28,356 nucleotides of DNA from Verrucomicrobiota bacterium (GCA_003695015.1 RFJD01000389.1:1-28356); one strand, 5' to 3'; shown: positions 1-9,376, counted from the first letter of the stretch. Program-made: numbers and translations. Notes: a model not told the origin generated them from the sequence alone.

Positions 1-1946
1 CCCAGCCGCGCCAGAATGGTGTCCACGTCGAAGACGCACCCACCCCAAGTCCCGCCGCTGACCGCTTGGAGCGCGGCCCACAAGCGCGTGTCCGCCGGCA
101 GATCGGGCCGGGGGCGCAGCTCCGGATGCGGTGGCCGGGCGGCCAGGCGACGCGCGCCTTCGGCCGGATCGAACCGTTCCGCGCCTTCGCCCACCAGATC
201 GACGCGGCCCTCCAACCGCCGGCAGTCAATCTCGATCCGGATTCGATCGCCATCGCGCACCCGGCCAACGGGCCCGCCGGCCAGGGCTTCCGGGCCGACG
301 TGGCCGATGCAGGCGCCGGTGGACACCCCGGAAAAACGGGCGTCGGTCACAAGGGCCACCTGCCGCCCCCAAGGCAAATGCTTCAACGCGGAGGTCAACT
401 GGTACGTCTCCTCCATCCCCGTCCCCAACGGCCCGCAGCCGATCAACACCAGCACATCGCCCGGCCGGACCTGCCCGGCCTTGATGGCCGCCATGGCCGC
501 GGGTTCGCTGGTGAACACCCGGGCCGGGCCTTCGAGACGATAAACCCCGTCGGCATCGAGCAGCGCCGGATCGATGGCCGTGCTTTTCACCACCGAACCT
601 TCCGGAGCGAGGTTGCCCAGCGGGAACGTCACCGTCGGCGTCAGCCCGCGGGCGCGGGCCCTTTCGGGTGGCAAAATGACGTCGTCCGGATCCACCCCGT
701 CGGCTTCGCGCAACCATTCCCGGCAAAGACGCCGGCGTTCGCTCCCCTGCCAGGCATCGAGGGCCTCGTTCCACGTGCAACCGGCCGCGGTGAGGGCCGA
801 ACCATCCACCAGTCCCAGCTCGCGCAAGTGCCACATGACCTCCGGCACGCCGCCGGCCAGGAAAACCCGCACCGTCGGGTGGCCGGTGGGGCCGTTGGGC
901 AGGACGTCCACCAAACGCGGCACGGCGCGGTTGATCCCGGCCCAGTCATGGACCGTCGGCCGCGGCAACCCGGCCGCGTGGGCCACCGCCGGCAGGTGGA
1001 GCAGAAGATTGGTCGAACCGCCGAAAGCGGCGTGGACGGCCATGGCGTTGCGGATGGCCGCCGGGGTGAGGATCCGGTTCGTGCCCGGCCCGGACCGGAT
1101 GCGGCTTTCCAACGCGCGCGCCGAGCGCACCGCCGCTTCCTCCCAGATGGGCTCGCCCGAGGGGGCGAGGGCCGTGTGAGGCAACGCCAACCCCAGGGCT
1201 TCCGCCACCACCTGCGAAGTCGCCGCCGTGCCCAGAAACTGGCAACCGCCGCCGGGCGATGCGCAGGCCCGACAGCCCAATTCCGCCGCCTCTTCCAACG
1301 TGATGAGCCCGTGGGCAAAGCGCGCCCCGAGCGTCTGCACCGCGCCGGCGTCCTCGCCGAGTTCGGGAGGCAGCGTGACGCCGCCGGGCACCAGCACCGA
1401 CGGCAGTTCCCCCGCCCCGGCCAGGGCCATCATCATGGCCGGCAGGCCCTTGTCGCAGGTCGCCACCCCCAGCACCCCGCGCCGGGTAGGCAGCGAGCGG
1501 ATCAACCGTCGCAACACCTGCGCCGCGTCATTGCGGTACGGCAGCGAATCCATCATGCCCGGCGTGCCTTGGGTGCGGCCGTCGCACGGGTCGGACACGA
1601 AGCCCGCAAACGGAATGCCCCCCAGGTGCCGCACCTCCCGCGCCGCCGCCGCCACCAGCCGGTCGATCTCGAAATGCCCGGTGTGATAGCCCAGGGCGAT
1701 CGGCCGCCCGTCCGGCTCGCGCAGGCCGCCCTGGGTGCTGAGGATGAGCACTTCCGGCCGGCCCAACTCCTCGGGCGTCCACCCCATCCCGGCGTCCTGG
1801 GTCCAGCCGAACACATCGCCGCTCGGCCGTTCCCGCAACATCCCGGCGGTCAACGGCAAACGCCCGGACGGCCCCGGCGCGCGGGTGCGCGGCCGGCACC
1901 AATCCGGCCGGCAGGGCTCGAAAAGACGGGAAACCTCGCCGTTCAT
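1..1946 (-). CDS. YjhG/YagF-family D-xylonate (sugar-acid) dehydratase, IlvD/Edd superfamily; 3' end runs off the window
   Basis: Not in the ORF track because there is no stop codon in the window. Manual translation from ATG at 1946 gives MNGEVSRLF...STQGG...GYHTGHFE...DPCDGRTQG...[10 protein letters not shown]...[14 protein letters not shown]...[13 protein letters not shown]...[12 protein letters not shown]...[15 protein letters not shown], and the frame is consistent at both ends. Confidence 0.9.
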   Translation of the reverse strand, partial: MNGEVSRLFEPCRPDWCRPRTRAPGPSGRLPLTAGMLRERPSGDVFGWTQDAGMGWTPEELGRPEVLILSTQGGLREPDGRPIALGYHTGHFEIDRLVAAAAREVRHLGGIPFAGFVSDPCDGRTQGTPGMMDSLPYRNDAAQVLRRLIRSLPTRRGVLGVATCDKGLPAMMMALAGAGELPSVLVPGGVTLPPELGEDAGAVQTLGARFAHGLITLEEAAELGCRACASPGGGCQFLGTAATSQVVAEALGLALPHTALAPSGEPIWEEAAVRSARALESRIRSGPGTNRILTPAAIRNAMAVHAAFGGSTNLLLHLPAVAHAAGLPRPTVHDWAGINRAVPRLVDVLPNGPTGHPTVRVFLAGGVPEVMWHLRELGLVDGSALTAAGCTWNEALDAWQGSERRRLCREWLREADGVDPDDVILPPERARARGLTPTVTFPLGNLAPEGSVVKSTAIDPALLDADGVYRLEGPARVFTSEPAAMAAIKAGQVRPGDVLVLIGCGPLGTGMEETYQLTSALKHLPWGRQVALVTDARFSGVSTGACIGHVGPEALAGGPVGRVRDGDRIRIEIDCRRLEGRVDLVGEGAERFDPAEGARRLAARPPHPELRPRPDLPADTRLWAALQAVSGGTWGGCVFDVDTILARL

Positions 1947-2044
1947 GGCGGCCCGAGCTTGCCGGCCGCGGCGTCATCGCGCACGTCCAAAGCGCCCCGA
2001 ACCGCCGGGAAACGAGGCCGGTTCGCCGCCGGGCGGGTGTGTCC

Positions 2045-2074
2045 TTGCCACCGGCATGAGCCCCGGCCTAACTT
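2045..2074 (+). promoter_or_regulatory. Putative sigma70 promoter of ffh (leaderless-type)
   Basis: TTGCCA (2045-2050), N18, TAACTT (2069-2074), 5 nt, ATG. Confidence 0.5.
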
Positions 2075-2079
2075 GCGGC

Positions 2080-3465
2080 ATGTTCGATGCTCTGAGCAGC
2101 AAACTGCAGGACGTCTTCCGCAACTTGCGGGGCCTGGGCCGCATCACCGAAGACAACATCGCCGAGGCCCTGCAGGAGGTCCGGACGGCCTTGCTCGAGG
2201 CCGACGTCCACTACCAGGTGGCCCGCGACTTCATCGAGCGGGTCAAGCAACAGGCGTTGGGCACCGAGGTCATCCGGACCGTCCAGCCCGGCCAGCAAAT
2301 CGTCAAAATCATCCACGACGAGCTGGTCCGGCTGTTGGGCGAAGGCCATGCCGGGTTGAACCTTTCGGGCCAGCCCGCCTGCATTCTGCTGGTGGGGTTG
2401 CACGGCTCGGGCAAGACCACCTCGACCGGCAAGCTGGCCCGCCTGCTCCAGCGGCAGGGACGCGCCCCGTTGCTGGTGGGCGCCGATGTTTACCGTCCCG
2501 CGGCCATGGACCAATTGGCCACCCTCGGCCGCCAGTTGAACCTCCCGGTCTTCATCCGCCCCGGCGAAAAAGACGTGCTGGCCATCGCCCGTGACGCCCT
2601 CAAGGAAGCCAAGGCCACCCACCGGAACGTGTTGTTGTTCGACACCGCCGGCCGGCTGCAGATCGACGAACCGCTCGTCCAGGAACTCGTGCGCCTGCGC
2701 GACGCGGTCCGCCCCTCCGAAATCCTCCTGGTCCTGGATGCCGCCACCGGCCAGGAAGCCGTCAACGTCGCCACCCATTTCGACCAGGCCCTGGGCATCA
2801 CCGGCGCCGTGCTCACCAAGCTCGACGGCGATGCCCGCGGCGGGGCGGCTCTCAGCTTCCGCAGCGTGGTGGGCAAGCCCATCAAGTTCATGGGCGTCGG
2901 CGAAAAGCTCGAAGACTTCGAACCCTTCCACGCCGAGCGCATGGCCCAGCGGATCCTGGGCATGGGCGACGTGGTCTCGCTGGTGGAAAAGGCCGCCGAG
3001 ACGATCGACGAAGAGGAAGCCCGCCGCCTCGAGGCCAAGATGCGCAAGGGGGAGTTCACCCTCGAGGACTTCCTGGCGCAACTGCGGCAAATGAAGAAGA
3101 TGGGCCCGCTGGAGTCGCTGGTGGGCCTGCTGCCCGGCGGCGCCGAGGCCATCAAGGGCGCCGACCTCTCCCGCGGCGAAAAGGAATTCCGCCGCATGGA
3201 GGCCATCATCTGCGCCATGACGCCTCAGGAACGGCGCAATCCACGCATCCTCAACGCCCGCCGGCGCATCCGGATCGCCAAAGGCAGCGGTGTCAGGGTG
3301 GCGGACGTCAACAACCTCCTCAAGCGCTTCGCCCAGATGCAGGCCATGATGAAGAAGATGGGCCGCCTGCAGAAAATGCTCGGCAAGATGGGCGGCGGGT
3401 TGCCCGGTGGCTTGGGCGCGTTGGGCAGCCTGCCCAAAGGCAAACTGCCGCGACGCCTCCGATAG
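2080..3465 (+). CDS. ffh: Signal recognition particle protein Ffh
   Basis: MFDALSSKLQ start, GLHGSGKTT P-loop, DVYRPAA, DTAGRLQID, TKLDGDARGG and a Met-rich M domain. Start set at ATG 2080 rather than the ORF-track start at 1735. Confidence 0.98.
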   Translation: MFDALSSKLQDVFRNLRGLGRITEDNIAEALQEVRTALLEADVHYQVARDFIERVKQQALGTEVIRTVQPGQQIVKIIHDELVRLLGEGHAGLNLSGQPACILLVGLHGSGKTTSTGKLARLLQRQGRAPLLVGADVYRPAAMDQLATLGRQLNLPVFIRPGEKDVLAIARDALKEAKATHRNVLLFDTAGRLQIDEPLVQELVRLRDAVRPSEILLVLDAATGQEAVNVATHFDQALGITGAVLTKLDGDARGGAALSFRSVVGKPIKFMGVGEKLEDFEPFHAERMAQRILGMGDVVSLVEKAAETIDEEEARRLEAKMRKGEFTLEDFLAQLRQMKKMGPLESLVGLLPGGAEAIKGADLSRGEKEFRRMEAIICAMTPQERRNPRILNARRRIRIAKGSGVRVADVNNLLKRFAQMQAMMKKMGRLQKMLGKMGGGLPGGLGALGSLPKGKLPRRLR

Positions 3466-3512
3466 GCGCCGCCGCCACCGTGGCAAATGCTTCCCCACGC
3501 CGCCCGGCCGGC

Positions 3513-4262
3513 CTAGCCGAGATCGCCGTTCTCCCCGCCACCGTTCTCCCGGCCGCCGTTGTCCCGGCCGCCGTTCTCGCGTGACGTCGCGTCCGTGTTG
3601 TTGCCGGACCGGCCGCCGTCCATGAACAGGCCGCCAATGATCGGATCGGCCGGGTCCGCCTCATCGACGATCCGGTTCATCCAAAGCGGGAAGTTGGCCG
3701 CCTCCATCAGTTGGATCGAACTGACCGTCTCGCGGTGGTTGCCAAAGTCGTCCTCCCAACGGACATCCCAGCCGAGGACCATCACCGGAACGCCCAGCGC
3801 GTTGAGCTTGCGCGCCAGCGGCACGAAGTCCGAGTCGCCCGCGACCAGCGCGACCAGGTCGCACATGCCTTGGGCGGCGGCCTCATAGGCTTCCAAGGCG
3901 AGCCAGACTTCGATCCCCTTCTCCTTGTCCACGTTGGGCAGGTAATGCGGTGTCACCCCCTCGCTGATGAGGACGTCCTCGAAGGCGCGCTCGACGAAGA
4001 GCAGGTCCCGCTCTTGGGCCTGGCGCGCCCAGTAGCGGGCCCGGAAGTAGTGGGAGCCGGTCACGGCGACCTCCCCGCGGCTCACCCCCATGGCCTCGGC
4101 CACCCGGTGGCGGATGAACTCGTGCAGGCCACGGATGGAAAGGCGTTGCCGCCGCGGATGGCCGTACCGGTAGTACAGGCTCACATGGCTGAAGAAATTG
4201 CCGTCGTAGTAAATGCCAACTCGCAGCAAATCCGGGTTTCTCGCTGTCAACACACCGTTCAT
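3513..4262 (-). CDS. NYN domain (LabA/DUF88, PIN-like fold) protein, putative ribonuclease
   Basis: GIYYDGN, EKGIEVWLALEA and LVAGDSDFVPL motifs. Start chosen at ATG 4262; the alternative is GTG 4346. Confidence 0.88.
   Translation of the reverse strand: MNGVLTARNPDLLRVGIYYDGNFFSHVSLYYRYGHPRRQRLSIRGLHEFIRHRVAEAMGVSRGEVAVTGSHYFRARYWARQAQERDLLFVERAFEDVLISEGVTPHYLPNVDKEKGIEVWLALEAYEAAAQGMCDLVALVAGDSDFVPLARKLNALGVPVMVLGWDVRWEDDFGNHRETVSSIQLMEAANFPLWMNRIVDEADPADPIIGGLFMDGGRSGNNTDATSRENGGRDNGGRENGGGENGDLG
3526..3581. repeat. 15-bp tandem repeat (about 3.7 copies) encoding the (R/G)(E/D)NG(G/D) tail of the NYN protein
   Basis: Units ccgttctccccgcca / ccgttctcccggccg / ccgttgtcccggccg / ccgttctcgcg. 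Confidence 0.85.
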
Positions 4263-4354
4263 GGGCTTCGTTTCAATGCTCGATGTCCGTTCTTCAGGTC
4301 GCGCACCGGCGGTGGCCGTCCGCACCAACGGGTCGGGACCATCCACCGGCGATG

Positions 4355-4432
4355 AAAAAAAAGATCCGGGTGCCAGACGCCAAGGAGGAGGGGGTGGGGA
4401 ACCCGCTGAAGAAACGTACTGACACCCGGATC
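4355..4432 (-). terminator. Intrinsic terminator-like long hairpin plus U8
   Basis: Arms gatccgggtgccagacg (4363-4379) and cgtactgacacccggatc (4415-4432) are inverted repeats with one G-U pair and one bulge. The A8 run at 4355-4362 reads as U8 on the minus strand. Confidence 0.7.
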
Positions 4433-4506
4433 AAATCCGTTCTGGCTCACCTGCCAAAGAGCCGGGAGCAGGTTCCATTCTCGGAAACGCTCCTTCGCAT
4501 CAACAC
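4355..4506 (-). ncRNA. Candidate structured sRNA or attenuator leader upstream of the NYN gene
   Basis: Promoter upstream, hairpins at 4465-4493, 4444-4463 and 4363-4432, followed by U8 (4355-4362). The 5' end is estimated from the -10 position. Confidence 0.5.
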
Positions 4507-4512
4507 GTCTTC

Positions 4513-4549
4513 ATGCTAGCGCCCGGCCCCGGACTGTCAAGCCCTTGAC
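4513..4549 (-). promoter_or_regulatory. Sigma70 promoter TTGACA-N16-TAGCAT with overlapping palindrome GTCAAG-CC-CTTGAC
   Basis: On the plus strand, tgtcaa is at 4535-4540, atgcta at 4513-4518 and the palindrome at 4536-4549. Confidence 0.65.
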
Positions 4550-4717
4550 GAACCGTTTTTCGCGGCATCACCAAGAAGGTGCCACGGGCTCCATGGGTTG
4601 CGGCCATTTTGCCTGCCCTGCCTTGCGGTGTGGCCATCCTGGCGGCAGGGGAGGAAGGCAGGCTGGAAGCCTGTGCCACAATGCGGTTCGGGCTGTCCGG
4701 GTACCGGCTGATCCGGG

Positions 4718-5422
4718 CTACCCGAGCCGGCGCAGAAGCACCGCGCAGTTCCACGCCAGGAACTCCCGCAACCCCGGCACCCGCATCAACCAGGAGCATT
4801 CCGGGTAGTAGCGGGGCGCCACCGCCACGATCCCGACCCCCGGCAGGCGGCGCAGACGGCGCAAGGTCGGTCCGATGTGGACGGGGAACAGGTTCCGAAA
4901 CGGCTCCAGCCGCCGGGGCCGCCGAATCAACCGGTCCCAAAGCCACGGTCCCAGCCGCGGACCGAAGTACTGAAAGGGGGAAAAGTCATGGCCGCCCCAC
5001 GGGGAAAACCAGTTGGTCCAACTCAAGTAAAACCAGCCTTCAGGGGTCAGCAGTTCCGGGATGGCTCGCAGCAACCGGTCGGGGTGCGCCAAGTGCTCGA
5101 GCACGTTGGAACAAATCACCAAGTCGTGCCGGTCCAGCGAGGCGAGGTCGTCCCGATCGATATCGATCGCGGTGAACCGGCTGCGGACCGGCCCTTCCGG
5201 CAGCCAGTTGGCGGCATCGGCGAACCGGACCTCGCACCCCCGCTCCAGCAGGAGCCGGCCGAAAACGCCCGTCCCGCACCCCAGGTCGAGCACCCGGGTT
5301 GGCGGCCCCACCCTCACCCCGTGACGTTCCAGCCAAGCCAGCGCGTCCTCCGCCTGCAACCGGTAGAACGCCTCGTCCGGTCCGTGGCGACGGTGATGGC
5401 GGATGAGGCGAAAGAGGATCAC
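4718..5422 (-). CDS. Class I SAM-dependent methyltransferase (Rv0224c/MtrP-like)
   Basis: VLDLGCGTG motif I, DLVICSNVLEH and LSWTNWFSPWGGHD. The GTG start at 5422 overlaps the GT4 stop (GTGA). Confidence 0.88.
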   Translation of the reverse strand: MILFRLIRHHRRHGPDEAFYRLQAEDALAWLERHGVRVGPPTRVLDLGCGTGVFGRLLLERGCEVRFADAANWLPEGPVRSRFTAIDIDRDDLASLDRHDLVICSNVLEHLAHPDRLLRAIPELLTPEGWFYLSWTNWFSPWGGHDFSPFQYFGPRLGPWLWDRLIRRPRRLEPFRNLFPVHIGPTLRRLRRLPGVGIVAVAPRYYPECSWLMRVPGLREFLAWNCAVLLRRLG

Positions 5423-6570
5423 GCCGGTTCCCGGGTTGGGCCGACCGGCCGGGCCGGCCGCGGTTGGGGGTCCGGTTCGCCCGCGGCCATGCGTTCCAGC
5501 CAATCGCAGGCCACCGGCAGCACGGCGTCCCAGTGATACAATGCCGCCCGGCGCCATGCCTGGCGGCGCAGGCGCTGGTACCGGGCATCGTCCGTCAACA
5601 ACGAGGCCACCGCGTCGGCCAAAGATTCCGGGGTTTCCTCCCGGCTCACCAGACCGGTTTCGTCGTGCAGGGTGGACTCGGTCAACCCCGGTGCGGGATA
5701 GACCACCGCCGGCGTGCCCATGGCGTTGGCCTCGATGACGTTCAACCCCCACCCCTCGCGCAGGGAGGTGTGCAAGAGCAGATGGGCCCGCCGCAGCACG
5801 GCATCCTTCTCCGCCTCCGGCAGCAGCCCGGTGAACCGCACCACCGGCCGCAGCCCGAGCCGGTCGGTCTCCTCCTGCAAGTGAGGCTCGTCCGCCCCGG
5901 CGCCGACGATGGTCAACTCGAGCCGAACCCCGCGATCCAGCAGGCAGCGACAGGCGCGCAGCACCTGATCGACGCGTTTGTTTGGCTGGAGTCGGGAAAC
6001 CACCGCCAACCGCAGCGGCTGGCCGATCGGCTTCGGATCCAGCTCCGGCAGTGGCCGGGTGTGCACGCCGTAGGGGATGAGGTAGATCCGCCGCACCCCC
6101 AGCTCCTCGAGCATCCGGCGGGTGGATTGGGAGGCCGTCCAGAACGGCACCCGACGGTAGAGCCGGATCACCCGCCGTTCCTGCCACTGGCCAAACCGGG
6201 CCGTGAATCCGCGATAAAAGGCGAACCAGATCGGCCCCAGCACCTCGTGGATGTAGGCCACCGTCCGCACACCGGACCACCACGGGGCGAACCACGGCAG
6301 GCCGTGATGCTGATCGATCACCAAGTCGAATCGCGGCTGCCGGCGGTACCACTTCCACGCCGCGAAAACGGCCCCGAGCTTCGTGCCCGCGCGGTGAATG
6401 TGCAGCCCCCCGAGATCCTCGTGCGGCGCGCCCCCCTCGAACGCGTAGGCGAACCAGTGCACCTCGTGACCCCGCTCCCTGAGGGCGCGCAGGTAGCCTT
6501 CGGTGACCCGTTCCGCCCCGCCGGCAAAGGGATTCTTCGGGTCCCGCCAGTTGAGCATCAGGAAGCGCAT
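5419..6570 (-). CDS. Glycosyltransferase family 4 (GT-B fold; Rv0225-like)
   Basis: MRFLMLNWRD...GGAE N-terminus, SRLQPNKRVD and EGWGLNVIEANAMG. An alternative start is at 6624. Confidence 0.92.
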   Translation of the reverse strand: MRFLMLNWRDPKNPFAGGAERVTEGYLRALRERGHEVHWFAYAFEGGAPHEDLGGLHIHRAGTKLGAVFAAWKWYRRQPRFDLVIDQHHGLPWFAPWWSGVRTVAYIHEVLGPIWFAFYRGFTARFGQWQERRVIRLYRRVPFWTASQSTRRMLEELGVRRIYLIPYGVHTRPLPELDPKPIGQPLRLAVVSRLQPNKRVDQVLRACRCLLDRGVRLELTIVGAGADEPHLQEETDRLGLRPVVRFTGLLPEAEKDAVLRRAHLLLHTSLREGWGLNVIEANAMGTPAVVYPAPGLTESTLHDETGLVSREETPESLADAVASLLTDDARYQRLRRQAWRRAALYHWDAVLPVACDWLERMAAGEPDPQPRPARPVGPTREPA

Positions 6571-6643
6571 GGGGCGCCCCGCCCCCTGCCCCGTCGCCTT
6601 CGAGTCCGGTTCGCCGGAACGCATGGCGCCTTGGCCGGCCGGG

Positions 6644-7879
6644 TCAGGCCCGGCCCTCCAAACCCTCGACCGGGGTCTTGAGACCCAGACGCGCCGCCAC
6701 CTGGGCCACGTCCTTGTCGCCCCGGCCCGAGAGGTTCACCACGACGATCTGGTCCGGCCGCATCCTGGGGGCGCGCTCGATGGCCGCCGCCACCGCATGG
6801 GCGCTTTCCAACGCCGGGATGATGCCTTCCAGCCGGGCCAACCGCATGAAGGCCTCAATCGCTTGGTCGTCCGTGGCGTACGTGTACTCCGCCCGTCCTT
6901 GGTCGCGCAGCCAGGCGTGTTCGGGCCCGACCGCCGCATAGTCCAGCCCCGCCGACACGCTGTGCGTCAACTGGATCTGCCCGTGTTCGTCCTGCAGCAC
7001 GTAGGAGCGCGTTCCCTGCAACACCCCCAGCGAACCGCCCTGAAAACGCGCCGCATGGCGCTCGGGCACGATCCCCTCCCCGCCGGCTTCCACGCCCAAC
7101 AGCCGCACCTCACGGTCCTCGATGAACGGGTGGAACAACCCGATGGCGTTCGAGCCGCCGCCCACGCAGGCGATCAACAGGTCCGGCAGCCGGCCTTCTT
7201 TTTCGAGAATCTGCTCCCGGGCCTCGTCGCCGATGACCCGCTGAAAGTTCCGCACCATCACCGGATAGGGATGGGCGCCATAGGCCGTGCCGAGGATGTA
7301 GTGGGTGTTCCGGACGTGGGTCACCCAGTCACGCATGGCCTCGTTGACCGCCTCCTTGAGGGTCTTTTGACCGGCGTGAACCGGCACCACCTCGGCGCCG
7401 AGCATCTGCATGCGGTACACGTTCAACGCCTGCCGCTCGCAATCCACCGCGCCCATGTAGATGACGCATTCCATGCCGAACATCGCCGCCACCGTCGCGG
7501 TGGCCACCCCGTGCTGTCCGGCCCCGGTCTCGGCGATGATCCGTTTCTTGCCCATCCGCCGGGCCAGCAGCACCTGCCCCAAGGCGTTGTTGATCTTGTG
7601 GGCGCCGGTGTGGAGCAGATCCTCCCGTTTCAGGTAGATGCGCGCCCCGCCCAGGTCCCGGGTCAACCGCTCGGCCAGGTACAACGGCGTCGGCCGGCCG
7701 CAAAACTCGCGCAGGTAATAGCTCAGCTCGCGCTGAAACTCCGGGTCCTGCTGGGCGCGGAAGTATTCCCGCTCCAGCTCGAGGAGCGGATGCATCAGCG
7801 TCTCGGGCACGTACCGGCCCCCGTAAGGACCGAAACGCCCCGCGCTGTCGGGCAGTTTCTCGGCCGCCGCCAAACTCAT
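6644..7879 (-). CDS. trpB: Tryptophan synthase beta chain (TrpB1)
   Basis: [28 protein letters not shown] (PLP lysine), [19 protein letters not shown] and NLSGRGDKD. Confidence 0.98.
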   Translation of the reverse strand: MSLAAAEKLPDSAGRFGPYGGRYVPETLMHPLLELEREYFRAQQDPEFQRELSYYLREFCGRPTPLYLAERLTRDLGGARIYLKREDLLHTGAHKINNALGQVLLARRMGKKRIIAETGAGQHGVATATVAAMFGMECVIYMGAVDCERQALNVYRMQMLGAEVVPVHAGQKTLKEAVNEAMRDWVTHVRNTHYILGTAYGAHPYPVMVRNFQRVIGDEAREQILEKEGRLPDLLIACVGGGSNAIGLFHPFIEDREVRLLGVEAGGEGIVPERHAARFQGGSLGVLQGTRSYVLQDEHGQIQLTHSVSAGLDYAAVGPEHAWLRDQGRAEYTYATDDQAIEAFMRLARLEGIIPALESAHAVAAAIERAPRMRPDQIVVVNLSGRGDKDVAQVAARLGLKTPVEGLEGRA

Positions 7880-7960
7880 GGGCGGCAGTTTAATCAGCCC
7901 CCGTCACGGAGGAAAGCGGGCAGTCTGATCCAGCGCGGCAACAGCCCCTTCGTGCGCGGA

Positions 7961-8791
7961 TCAATACGGATCGAACCAGCGGGCCACGTTGGCCCCTTTC
8001 TGGATGTCCATCACCTTCTGGTGGCGGAATTGCTCGATGTGCCCGTCGATGAAGCCCACGTTGATGTAACCGTTGTGGGTCACGAAGTGGCCATGGGAAG
8101 CGGTGCCGCCCGGGGTGAAGCTGGCGTTGCGCATCGTCGCGGGATCTTCGTTGAGCAGCAGCAACTTCTCGGTCGGCCGGGTCACCTGGGTGACCTTGAC
8201 ACCGCGATTCGAGGTCTGCCTGCCATTGCTCAGCTTTTCCCGGCGGTCCAAGCGGCTGTTCATGCTGTAGTTGACCCGCTGGGCGGCGCCAATCTGCCCG
8301 GTGCTCGGGCAGCGGTAGGTCTTGTGTTCGACGTCCATGTGCGTCCGCTCGTACAGGGCCGGACTGCCCCCTTGGTAGTACTCCGCACGGGTCACCCGTT
8401 TCTGGCCGGTGACGTGCGTCCATACCGAGCCCGCCTCCGGATGAAACCCGTAGCCGGGGTCCTTCCATCGGCTCGGCACGTTGGGATAGGTGTTTCCTTG
8501 GCCGCCCCAGACCCAGTCGGGATCCTCGTTCCGATCCACACCGCCCGGCCAGGGCAGATAGTCACCGGAATCGTCCGCATACATCAGGATGCCCAGGCTG
8601 ATCTGGCGCATGTTGCCCTTGCACACGGCCGAACGTCCCGCCTCCTTGGCCTTGGCCAAGGCCGGCAGCAACATGCCCGCCAGAATGGCGATGATGGCGA
8701 TCACCACCAGCAGCTCGATCAAAGTGAAGCCGCGAGACGCCCCTCTCTCCGGGCGGCACTGGCGGACCTTTCGGCAAGTCAAACGGTTCAT
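7961..8791 (-). CDS. Prepilin-type N-terminal cleavage/methylation protein with C-terminal H-X9-DG motif (PVC-type pseudopilin-like, DUF1559-like)
   Basis: G|[28 protein letters not shown] with Glu at +5, and [12 protein letters not shown], an exact H-X9-DG. Confidence 0.92.
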   Translation of the reverse strand: MNRLTCRKVRQCRPERGASRGFTLIELLVVIAIIAILAGMLLPALAKAKEAGRSAVCKGNMRQISLGILMYADDSGDYLPWPGGVDRNEDPDWVWGGQGNTYPNVPSRWKDPGYGFHPEAGSVWTHVTGQKRVTRAEYYQGGSPALYERTHMDVEHKTYRCPSTGQIGAAQRVNYSMNSRLDRREKLSNGRQTSNRGVKVTQVTRPTEKLLLLNEDPATMRNASFTPGGTASHGHFVTHNGYINVGFIDGHIEQFRHQKVMDIQKGANVARWFDPY

Positions 8792-8920
8792 GTCGCAGGT
8801 GTTTTCAGATTGCGATGGTCAGAGCATAGAGCCCGCGCGGGGAGGCCGCCAAGCGGGTTTTCCACCGCCCACCCCGGGCGCCGCTCGCGCGTCGGGGTCC
8901 ATTTCCCGGCAACGGCGGGT

Positions 8921-9376
8921 TCAGCGCTGGACGCCGGCGCCGGAGCCCTCCCCGCCCGTGGGTTCGTAGCGGATGGCCACCCCCACGATGACGCGATCCC
9001 GGATGCTCCGGACGCTGGGCGACCACCACGGCCCCGACGTCCATGCGCCGGTCACCTCGACGCTGTCCTTGCGCAGCACCACGGCGTCGGCTCCCAGTTG
9101 GGCGGCCCGCTTGCGCAAGGCGGCCTCGATGCGCTCGATCTTGGGCGCCGGGTCCAGCGAAGCCGAAATCACCACCTCGCCCAGCTTCTGGAACGGCCGG
9201 TCCGGCTCGGACTGGAGGATTTGCACCTGGGCCGGATCGGTCGGCGCCAGGCGGGGCGCCCCCAGGTAGGGAATCGTTTCACTGGAAAGGGAACTGCAAC
9301 CGGTGGTGATCCCGGCCGCCAGGATCAAGCCGGCCAAGATCAACGGGGTCGCAACAGGTTTCAACTTCGGTTTCAT
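8921..9376 (-). CDS. Putative lipoprotein, YbjQ/DUF4156-like small alpha/beta domain
   Basis: MKPKLK, a hydrophobic stretch and TTGC (imperfect lipobox), then KLGEV...LRKRAAQLGADAVVL. The ATG at 9376 overlaps the sixA stop (ATGA). Confidence 0.7.
   Translation of the reverse strand: MKPKLKPVATPLILAGLILAAGITTGCSSLSSETIPYLGAPRLAPTDPAQVQILQSEPDRPFQKLGEVVISASLDPAPKIERIEAALRKRAAQLGADAVVLRKDSVEVTGAWTSGPWWSPSVRSIRDRVIVGVAIRYEPTGGEGSGAGVQR

Noticed and set aside
226-1977. Apparent fragmentation or frameshift of the dehydratase (several short minus-strand ORFs in the track)
   Set aside because: The true frame from 1946 is consistent with the reading at the window edge. It is missing from the track only because its stop lies outside the window.
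66-2594. Long plus-strand ORF of 842 aa, and similar long ORFs at 6503-9886, 14212-16293, 16130-17932 and 17905-20463
   Set aside because: These are antisense or alternate-frame shadows of real genes. They are Arg/Pro/Gly-rich with no motifs, as expected from stop-codon scarcity at high GC.
3526-3581. Short repeats as a CRISPR array
   Set aside because: They are contiguous 15-bp in-frame coding repeats without spacers, and no cas genes are present.
4355-4506. Assignment of the candidate RNA to SRP RNA, 6S, TPP, glycine, SAM or c-di-GMP families
   Set aside because: Diagnostic cores were not found by eye (for example the SRP GGAA tetraloop domain, TPP CUGAGA plus AUACCCG, glycine GGAGA...CUCAGG), despite the proximity to ffh.
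4382-4519. Plus-strand small ORF (GTG 4394, 41 aa) behind a perfect AAGGAGG, as a type I toxin antisense to the candidate RNA
   Set aside because: The peptide is hydrophilic, unlike typical membrane type I toxins, and no plus-strand promoter was found upstream. It is not fully excluded; ribosome profiling would decide.
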